From assembly GCA_038231275.1 (NCBI GenBank), contig JBBRLQ010000018.1, positions 96,001 to 160,000 on the forward strand: a stretch of DNA of 64,000 bases, written 5' to 3'. The DNA comes from Polyangiales bacterium (GTDB lineage: Bacteria > Myxococcota_A > Polyangia > Polyangiales > Polyangiaceae). Of this stretch, positions 56,825 through 64,000 are shown one piece after another (within the stretch, counting starts at the first letter, position 1; the number at the start of each line of letters is the position of its first letter). The notes beneath the pieces are model-generated. The model did not search any database. It was not told the origin of the DNA and saw only the letters and a list, made by a program, of their open reading frames with translations. Both the position numbers and the translations under genes were made by a program.

Positions 56825-58064
56825 AGACGCCGAAGCCCCCGCCGCCGCTCCATGCGCACGCGCGCGTGATGCCCGTCGCGTCGGTGCCATCGACGACGCG
56901 CCGCAAGCGCGGCAGGCAGAGCGCGTCCACGTGCTCGCCCTCCTCGATGCCGACCCATCGACGACCCATCTTGTGCGCGACCGCCGCGGTCGTCCCGCTT
57001 CCCAAGAACGGATCGATGACCCAGTCGCCGGGCCCCGTCGCCATCGCGAGCACGCGTGCGAGCAGGCGCTCCGGTTTCTTGTTCCGCGAGAAGACGACGC
57101 CGCCCTCCTTCGCGATGCCTTGGAACGGCACGTCGTCCCACACGTTGGTGAGCGGCTCCACGATCACGGGCGCGCCGTCGATCTCCCGCACCTTGTCGGC
57201 GAGGAAGAGGAGCCGGTTGCCGGCGCGCAGGATGAGCGGCTTGTGCCGCGCGCGCTCGAGGACGAAGACGCGCGCCGGCTCCGCGCGCGAACGATCGATG
57301 AGCCCGCGCGCCTCCTTGCTCACCGCCTCGTAGCGAGGCTGGGCGAAGCGCACCACGCGCGTCGCGTTCGCCAGAGCGAAGCGCTCCAGCTCGCGCGTGA
57401 ATTTTTCGGTGCCGAGGACGCGCGTGGCGTCGCGCCGCGTCGCAAACCCCAGCGCGCGCGCCGCGTGGCCGCCGAGCGGCTCGAAGGTCCACGCCTCGCG
57501 CGGCAGGCTCACGTCGGGCACGAACGTGCCGTACGCCGGATCGTAGCCGCGCCGCGCGCGCACTTGAGGGCGGTATGTGAATTGGCTGCGATCCTTCGCG
57601 TACACGAGCAGGTAGTCGGCGATGTTCACCGGCGCGGGGTTGATCGCCTTGTGCCCCGTCGCGGCCGAGCGGACGATCGTGATCGTCGAGACGCGGTTCT
57701 TCGCGCCGAAGATCTCGTCCATCAGTACCTGGAGCGGCCCGAGCTCCGTGTCGTCGATCTCCACGAACACCGCGCCGGTGTCGGCCAGAAGCGGAGCGAG
57801 GGCCTCGAGGCGCGCGCGCATCATGGCAAGCCACGCCGCGCGCGTCCGCCGGTCGTCGTACTCGGCGAACGCGCGTCCCGAGTTGAACGGCGGATCGAGG
57901 TACGCGCACGCGAAGCGCCCGCGCATCTCGCCCTCGAGCAAGCCCAGCGCGCGCAGGTTCTCGGCGTGCACGAGCACGTTCTCCGCCTCGCCACGCGGGG
58001 CGCGGGCGCCGTACGAGCGGGCGGCGTCGCGGGTCAGACCGAGGGTGGGGGCGTGCGCAGCCAC
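56817..58064 (-). CDS. Site-specific adenine DNA methyltransferase (type III Mod-like, beta class)
   Basis: YLDPPFN, VFVEIDD.E...LMDEIFG, KKPERLL, DPFLGSGTTAAVAHKMGRRWVGIE. Confidence 0.93.
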   Translation of the reverse strand: MAAHAPTLGLTRDAARSYGARAPRGEAENVLVHAENLRALGLLEGEMRGRFACAYLDPPFNSGRAFAEYDDRRTRAAWLAMMRARLEALAPLLADTGAVFVEIDDTELGPLQVLMDEIFGAKNRVSTITIVRSAATGHKAINPAPVNIADYLLVYAKDRSQFTYRPQVRARRGYDPAYGTFVPDVSLPREAWTFEPLGGHAARALGFATRRDATRVLGTEKFTRELERFALANATRVVRFAQPRYEAVSKEARGLIDRSRAEPARVFVLERARHKPLILRAGNRLLFLADKVREIDGAPVIVEPLTNVWDDVPFQGIAKEGGVVFSRNKKPERLLARVLAMATGPGDWVIDPFLGSGTTAAVAHKMGRRWVGIEEGEHVDALCLPRLRRVVDGTDATGITRACAWSGGGGFGVYA

Positions 58065-58111
58065 GTCCCGATCATCCTACGCGGGCGATCACTGCGCGGT
58101 CACCCATTCCG

Positions 58112-59536
58112 TCAGGCGGGCGCTCGCAGCCACGGCTCGGTGATTCGCCGCCAGTTCGCCTCCGCGCCGAGCCCCGCGAGGATACTGGCGAGGCCCCACT
58201 GGAGCCGATTCACGAAGGTCAAATCCGTCGGCATGTGAATCGGCTTGGGCAAGTTCGGCATCGCCTCGTCGGGGCGGAACACGATCTTCTTTCCGCCGCG
58301 AACGAGGAACGCCACGCACTCGCGCGCGTGCTCTGGCGTGTGCTTGAACGGCGCATCGCGCGTGAGCGGCTCGAGCACGAGCTTCATGTACTCGGTGTAG
58401 AGCTTCCACCCCTCGAGATCGGTCGGATCGAGCCCGAGCACATCGACGCACAGGCGATAGAACTCGTCCCACCGCTGGTCCTGCGCGGCGATCACGTAGG
58501 CCTTCATCCCGCGCAGAAGATCAGGCGGCAGCACCTTGATGCACCCGAAATCGAGGAACGCGACGTTCCCGCCGCCGAGGAAGCGGTAGTTGCCGGGGTG
58601 CGGATCGGCGTACAGAATTCCATGCTTGTAGAGTGCACGGAACATAAACCGCCAGATCGTCTCGCCGGCGGCGTTCTTCTCTTCCTTTGACGCTGTCGCG
58701 CAGAACGTCGCGTAGTCCACGCCGCCGATCAGCTCGCACGTCAGCACGCGACGCGTCGTCAAGCTGTGGTGGACGCGCGGGATGAGGATCTCGGCGTCGT
58801 CCTCGTGGATCTGGCGAAAGCGGTCGGCGGTGGTGGCCTCGCGCGTGTAGTCGAGCTCGCCGAGGAAGACCGCCTTCACTTCGTCGAGCGTCTCCTTGCT
58901 CTGGTAGCGGCGGCCGACCGGCGCGATCATCGACTCGAGCATCGAGAGGCTCTTCAGGTCGTTCTCGATCGCCTTGTCGATGCCGGGATACTGCACCTTT
59001 ACGGCGACGCGCTCGCCGCCGCGTGTGACGGCGCGATGCACCTGTCCGATGCTCGCCGCCGCGAACGGATCGGCCTCCCATTCGGCGAAGATCTCGCCCG
59101 GAGGAGACCCGAGATCTTCGCGGACGACGCGCGCGGCGGCCTCGCGTGAGAGCGGCGGCGCCTTCGACTGGAGCTGCGCGAGGACCTTCTTGAAGCGCTC
59201 CTCGTAACCGGGCGGCGCGAGGCCGTCGATGTACGAGGCCATCTGCCCGAGCTTGAGCGGCAGACCCTTCATGTCGCCGAGCGTCTTCAGCATCGCCTCG
59301 GCGGTCTTCTTCGCGCTCTTGCGCAGCTTCTCGCGCGCGATTTTCTGCTCGTCGACGTCGCGCTTCACGCCCATCGCGCGCTTCATGCCCTCCATCGCGA
59401 GGGGGAACGCGCGCGGGGCCAGCGCGGTGAGGCGCGCCAATCGACCGAGGCGTGAGGTCGGCGGCGCGTCGGGGCGCTTCTCCTCTCGCGCCTCGTCAAC
59501 GGGGCGACCAGGCGGCGGGGGCTCTTTTACGCTCAT
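58112..59536 (-). CDS. ABC1/UbiB/AarF atypical kinase
   Basis: KLGQ, PFAAASIGQVHRA, VAVKVQYPG, ADPHPGN, LDFG; start at 59536 or 59563. Confidence 0.93.
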   Translation of the reverse strand: MSVKEPPPPGRPVDEAREEKRPDAPPTSRLGRLARLTALAPRAFPLAMEGMKRAMGVKRDVDEQKIAREKLRKSAKKTAEAMLKTLGDMKGLPLKLGQMASYIDGLAPPGYEERFKKVLAQLQSKAPPLSREAAARVVREDLGSPPGEIFAEWEADPFAAASIGQVHRAVTRGGERVAVKVQYPGIDKAIENDLKSLSMLESMIAPVGRRYQSKETLDEVKAVFLGELDYTREATTADRFRQIHEDDAEILIPRVHHSLTTRRVLTCELIGGVDYATFCATASKEEKNAAGETIWRFMFRALYKHGILYADPHPGNYRFLGGGNVAFLDFGCIKVLPPDLLRGMKAYVIAAQDQRWDEFYRLCVDVLGLDPTDLEGWKLYTEYMKLVLEPLTRDAPFKHTPEHARECVAFLVRGGKKIVFRPDEAMPNLPKPIHMPTDLTFVNRLQWGLASILAGLGAEANWRRITEPWLRAPA

Positions 59537-59728
59537 CAGGAAAGCTCGCGCGAGGAGCTCCATGACAGTATCGCTTTTCGACGGGGCTTCGTCGAGCCGC
59601 CGCCGCTCGCAGCTCTTGCGGTCCGAGGCACGCGATGAACGGAGATCGTCGGCCATTGGGCGCCGGGACCGCTACGCCACGCGTTCCCTGACGTCGGTCG
59701 GCCCAGGTCGGCTACCCTCGCGGGCAAC

Positions 59729-62700
59729 GTGATCGTTCGCGCATCGCTCCGCTTCTCGAAGCTTCCGGGCAGCTCTCCTCCCGGCGCGCGCGCATACTTT
59801 CACGTTCGAAAGCAGGCGCGCGAAGAGCTGAAGCTCGAGGACGCGCTCTTCGCGATCCGCGGCGACGTCGTCCTCGTCGACGTGCAGGCCGCGCACCGCC
59901 TCGCCGACGCGCTCAACGCGCGCGCCTCGCTTGGCCTCGCCGCGCGCCAAGACCAGCTCCAGGCCTCGCAGCTCCACGCGATGGGGATCATCCACGAGGT
60001 CCTCCACGCGATCGTCGCGCGCTATCGGGCGACGGTGCCCGGCGATCCCTTCGGCGTCCTCACGCGCCGCCTTCGCGAGAGCCACGGCGAGGATCTAACG
60101 CGCACGCTGAAGGTCTTCCTCGGCGCGTTCCCTCCGCCTGCGGTCTTTCGCGGCGAGGCGACGGTCGACGCATGGCTCGCCGGCACGACCGACGGCATCG
60201 CCAACGAAGAGTGGGCCCTCGAAGAGCTGCTCCTCGCGTGGCTCGGCAACGAGAACCCCGCCTACGCGCCGATCGCGGATCTCGTGAGCGACGACGAGCT
60301 CCGTCGCACGACGCCGTACCTCGCAGTCCTCACATCGATGCGAGGCGCGTTCGACGATCAACCGCGCTTCGGCCCCGACGCGCAGAACCTCGTCGAGATG
60401 CTTCTCGCGCCGATGCGCAGCTCGCCCGGCTCGCTCGTCGGACAGCTCGAGTTCATGCGCGCGAAGTGGGGCCTGGACGTCGCGCTCCTCGAGCGACTGC
60501 TCCTCGCCGGCGATTTCGTCAACGAGGAGGGCAAGTGGTTCCTGCGCCATGGCCACGGAGGCGACGGCGCGCTCGCCCCGACTCACGCCGCCAAGTTCTC
60601 CGGCGAGCTCTACGAGGCGGAGCCCGAGCGCTTCAGCCCCGATCTGGAGTGGATGCCGCGCGTCGTCATGCTCGCGAAGAGCACGTTCGTGTGGCTCGAT
60701 CAGCTGTCCAAGACGTACGGCCGCGCGATCAGCACGCTCGCCGACGTGCCCGACGAGGAGCTCGATCGCATCGCCTCGCGCGGCTTCACGGGCCTTTGGC
60801 TCATCGGCATCTGGGAGAGGAGCCGCGCGTCGCTCCAGATCAAGCAGCGCATGGGCAACGCCGACGCCGTCGCCTCCGCGTACTCGCTGCACGACTACGA
60901 GATCGCGCCCGAGCTCGGAGGGCACGGCGCCTACCAGAGCCTGCGCGCGCGCGCGTGGCGGCGCGGCGTGCGCCTCGCGAGCGACATGGTCCCCAACCAC
61001 ATGGGCATCGATTCGCGCTGGGTCGTCCAGCACCCCGACTGGTTCGTCCAGTCGCGCGAGCCGCCGTTCCCGAGCTACCGCTTCGACGGACCGGATCTCG
61101 GCAACGACGCGCGCGTCGGCATCTACGTCGAGGACGGCTACTGGTCGAAGACCGACGCCGCCGTCGTCTTCAAGCGCGTCGACAAGGCCACCGGCGACAC
61201 GCGCTTCGTCTACCACGGCAACGACGGCACCAGCATGCCGTGGAACGACACCGCGCAGCTCGACTACACGAAGGCCGAGGTCCGCGAGGCGGTCATCCAG
61301 ACGATCCTCCACGTCGCGCGCCTCTTCCCGATCATCCGCTTCGACGCGGCGATGACACTCGCGAAGCGCCACTACCAGCGCCTGTGGTTCCCGCTCCCAG
61401 GATCCGGCGGCGACATCCCGTCGCGCGCCTCCCACGCGATGACCAAGGAGAGCTTCGACGAGGTCTTCCCCGTCGAGTTTTGGCGTGAGGTCGTCGATCG
61501 CGTCGCGCGTGACGTGCCCGACACGCTGCTCCTCGCCGAAGCGTTCTGGATGATGGAGGGCTACTTCGTCCGAACGCTGGGCATGCACCGCGTCTACAAC
61601 TCCGCCTTCATGCACATGTTCAAGAAGGAGGACAACGCTGGCTACCGCGCCTCCATCAAGAACGTGCTCGCCTTCAATCCCGGCATCCTGAAGCGCTACG
61701 TCAACTTCATGAACAACCCGGACGAGGACACCGCGGTCGCGCAGTTCGGTCGGGACGACAAGTACTTCGGCGTCTGCACGGTGATGTGCACGATGCCGGG
61801 CTTGCCGATGTTCGGTCACGGCCAGGTCGAAGGATTCGGCGAAAAATACGGCATGGAATACAAGCGCGCGTACTGGGACGAGACGCCCGACGCGCACCTG
61901 GAAGGCCGCCACGCGCGCGAGATTTTCCCCATCATGAAGCGGCGCGCGCTCTTTGCCGACGTCGAAGCGTTCACGCTCTACGACGTGGTGACCGAGGGCG
62001 GCGACGTCGACGAGGACGTGTTCGCGTACTCGAACCGGCGCGGCGGTGAGCGCGCGCTCGTGGTCTTCCACAACCGGTTCAAGGAGGCACGCGGCTGGAT
62101 TCAGACCTCGGTCGGCTTCCTCGACGATCACGGCACCATGCGCCACCGGACCCTCGGCGAGGGCCTCGCGATCGATCCGCGCGACGGCGCGTTCACGGTG
62201 TTCCGCGATCACGTCAGCGGGCTCGAGCACATCGCCGAGAGTCGCCAGCTCGCGACGCGCGGCCTCTACGTCGCGCTCGGCGCGTTCAAGTACCACGTGT
62301 TCTGGGAGTTCCGGGAGGTCCACGACTCGCACGAGCGTCCGTACCGTGCGCTCGCGGAGAGGCTCGGAGGCCGCGGCGTCCCGTCGATCGACGAAGCCCT
62401 CACGGACCTGCTCCACGCGCCGGTCCATGACGCGATTCGGGAGGCGATCGCGCTCCGGATCGCCGACTCCGACTCCGACTCCGACTCCGACGCGTGCCCG
62501 CGGTGGCGCGCCGCGCTCGAGGCGGTGGAGCTCCTCGAGGAGGCGACGGCGCAGGGCGACGCGATCACCGCGTTCCGACTCGATCGCGTTCTCGGCGAGG
62601 ACACCGCGCTCGTTCGCGTGCTCCTCCGCGCGCGCTCGGTCGGAGGATTGCGCGGCGTCGACGCCCTCCTCGACGATGACGTCGCCCGCGCGTACCTCGG

Positions 62701-62890
62701 TGTCCACACGCATGGCGGCATCGAGTGGCTCCGCAAAGAGCCGTTCGATGCGCTCGCCGATGCGCTCGCGCTCCTCGACGGCGATCCCGCGGCCGCCGAG
62801 CTCGTGATCGCCGCCGGAGCCGCCGCGGGCTACGACGTGGCGAAGGTGCGGCTCGAAGTCGGACTCATCGGCGAAGCGGCCATCACCTGA
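59729..62890 (+). CDS. Alpha-amylase family glycoside hydrolase (GH13) with a long N-terminal extension
   Basis: DMVPNH (region I), IRFDAAM (II), LAEAFW (III), MNNPDE (IV), TMPGLPMFGHGQ. Confidence 0.92.
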   Translation: MIVRASLRFSKLPGSSPPGARAYFHVRKQAREELKLEDALFAIRGDVVLVDVQAAHRLADALNARASLGLAARQDQLQASQLHAMGIIHEVLHAIVARYRATVPGDPFGVLTRRLRESHGEDLTRTLKVFLGAFPPPAVFRGEATVDAWLAGTTDGIANEEWALEELLLAWLGNENPAYAPIADLVSDDELRRTTPYLAVLTSMRGAFDDQPRFGPDAQNLVEMLLAPMRSSPGSLVGQLEFMRAKWGLDVALLERLLLAGDFVNEEGKWFLRHGHGGDGALAPTHAAKFSGELYEAEPERFSPDLEWMPRVVMLAKSTFVWLDQLSKTYGRAISTLADVPDEELDRIASRGFTGLWLIGIWERSRASLQIKQRMGNADAVASAYSLHDYEIAPELGGHGAYQSLRARAWRRGVRLASDMVPNHMGIDSRWVVQHPDWFVQSREPPFPSYRFDGPDLGNDARVGIYVEDGYWSKTDAAVVFKRVDKATGDTRFVYHGNDGTSMPWNDTAQLDYTKAEVREAVIQTILHVARLFPIIRFDAAMTLAKRHYQRLWFPLPGSGGDIPSRASHAMTKESFDEVFPVEFWREVVDRVARDVPDTLLLAEAFWMMEGYFVRTLGMHRVYNSAFMHMFKKEDNAGYRASIKNVLAFNPGILKRYVNFMNNPDEDTAVAQFGRDDKYFGVCTVMCTMPGLPMFGHGQVEGFGEKYGMEYKRAYWDETPDAHLEGRHAREIFPIMKRRALFADVEAFTLYDVVTEGGDVDEDVFAYSNRRGGERALVVFHNRFKEARGWIQTSVGFLDDHGTMRHRTLGEGLAIDPRDGAFTVFRDHVSGLEHIAESRQLATRGLYVALGAFKYHVFWEFREVHDSHERPYRALAERLGGRGVPSIDEALTDLLHAPVHDAIREAIALRIADSDSDSDSDACPRWRAALEAVELLEEATAQGDAITAFRLDRVLGEDTALVRVLLRARSVGGLRGVDALLDDDVARAYLGVHTHGGIEWLRKEPFDALADALALLDGDPAAAELVIAAGAAAGYDVAKVRLEVGLIGEAAIT

Positions 62891-62988
62891 GCGTCGACGC
62901 GACTCGCTGCGCGCGGCCGCGGCGCGAGCTGGCAGCTCATCGCCGCGTGCGTGGACGCGCGCACGGCTCGAACGCGCGGTCGCGCGAC

Positions 62989-64000
62989 CTAGAGGCGGTT
63001 GACGCCGCCGCCGGCCCCGCCGCCGGGCGTCGGGAGGCAAATGCCCTTGCGGCTCGGGCACGGGTCGCAGCCGTCGGGGAGCCCGTCGCCGTCGCTGTCG
63101 ATCGCGCGCGGCTTGTTCGTCGGGCACGTGCCCGCGGGCGTCGCCGGGGAGATGGCCCACACCGGGTTGGCGAACGCGTAGCGGAAGAGGCACGCGCCGC
63201 TCTTCGCGTCCGGCGTGCAGTGCCCGTGGCCGTCGTTGCGCTGGGAGCGGGCGAACGCGCGGACGAAGAGGCGGTCGGGCAGGATGCCGAGCGGGCTCTT
63301 GTCGTCGGCTAGCGAGAGGGCGCTGATCGGAATGTGGACGACGCGGCGGCCCGACATCGACAGAGGCGTGAAGCGCAGGAGGCCGCCGGTCGGGTCTTCC
63401 ACGTAGCCGTCGGCGCGCTCGTTCACGGTCTTTCCGCCGCCCACCGGGCGTGTGCGCGAAACGGCAACGGACGGCGTGCCGGAGGAGCGGGGACCGTTGG
63501 CGACGGGCGCGAAGACCGCGTGGTACGTGGCGCCGACCGTCTTGAGTGCGCCGATGACGATCTCGATCTGCTGAACGTCTCCCCACTCCGGCGTCGACTC
63601 CCACTCGATGACGAGGGGGATCGTCTTGTCGCCGTACATCTCGATCACGCTGCCCATCTGGGCGTCCGCGTCGTCGATGACGCCGTTACCGTTCTTGTCG
63701 ATCGCGATTCGCACCGCGGGTCCGTCGGTGACGGAGAACGTCCCGCTCGTGAGCGCGCTCAAGACCTGCGCGTGCGAGTGCGCGCGGACGTCGGCGATGA
63801 CACCGCCTCCGGCACCCCCGAGCCCACCGAGGCCCCCGTGGCCGCCGTGGACCTTTCCGCCGGGTGCCTTCGAAGCCCCGATCGCCACTGCGCCGCCGCC
63901 GAGGATGATGCTCGCCTTCGCGCCGTCCAGGACGAGGACGTCGGGGGCACCGGCCATGACGAGGTTGCGAGGCTTTCCAATCGCCATGTCGTCGGTCTGC
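62989..64000 (-). CDS. Partial CDS (5' end beyond the window), C-terminus resembling PHP/CehA-McbA metallohydrolases
   Basis: Frame open to the window edge; L.SG...VTDGP and FANPVW motifs; DSDGDGLPDGCDPCP thrombospondin type 3-like repeat. Confidence 0.6.
   Translation of the reverse strand, partial: QTDDMAIGKPRNLVMAGAPDVLVLDGAKASIILGGGAVAIGASKAPGGKVHGGHGGLGGLGGAGGGVIADVRAHSHAQVLSALTSGTFSVTDGPAVRIAIDKNGNGVIDDADAQMGSVIEMYGDKTIPLVIEWESTPEWGDVQQIEIVIGALKTVGATYHAVFAPVANGPRSSGTPSVAVSRTRPVGGGKTVNERADGYVEDPTGGLLRFTPLSMSGRRVVHIPISALSLADDKSPLGILPDRLFVRAFARSQRNDGHGHCTPDAKSGACLFRYAFANPVWAISPATPAGTCPTNKPRAIDSDGDGLPDGCDPCPSRKGICLPTPGGGAGGGVNRL

Noticed and set aside
56817..58064. Complete restriction-modification or defence island
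   Set aside because: No nuclease, helicase or other defence genes are adjacent, and there is no GC shift

Overview
Very GC-rich (roughly 70%+ by eye), gene-dense chromosomal segment. The many Cys-rich lipoproteins, three Hanks-type Ser/Thr kinases, an FHA regulator and a Myxococcus-type LexA box suggest a myxobacterium, probably Polyangiaceae-like (inference). About 48 CDS are supported. Housekeeping genes include dnaJ, recA, sixA, mfd, an RluA-family pseudouridine synthase, a PlsC-like acyltransferase, an Slt transglycosylase and a GH13 enzyme. I saw no rRNA, tRNA, CRISPR array, transposase or integrase. The most intriguing region is the co-directional 16.7-23.2 kb cluster. It holds a beta-propeller-like lipoprotein, a lipoprotein with a divergent MACPF-like signature plus an Ig-like domain, and a small protein whose C-terminus looks like a T3SS needle/rod subunit, behind a possible sigma28 promoter and with no T3SS genes nearby. 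This may be an undescribed contact/predation module. Other points of note: a CcmE-like fusion lacking the heme-attachment residue, a PilT with a duplicated N-domain, an RPH-architecture PEP-utilising kinase, an orphan Mod-like methyltransferase, a pair of GCGNA mini-hairpin repeats, and several readable operators. All calls come from motif recognition by eye; no database searches were run.
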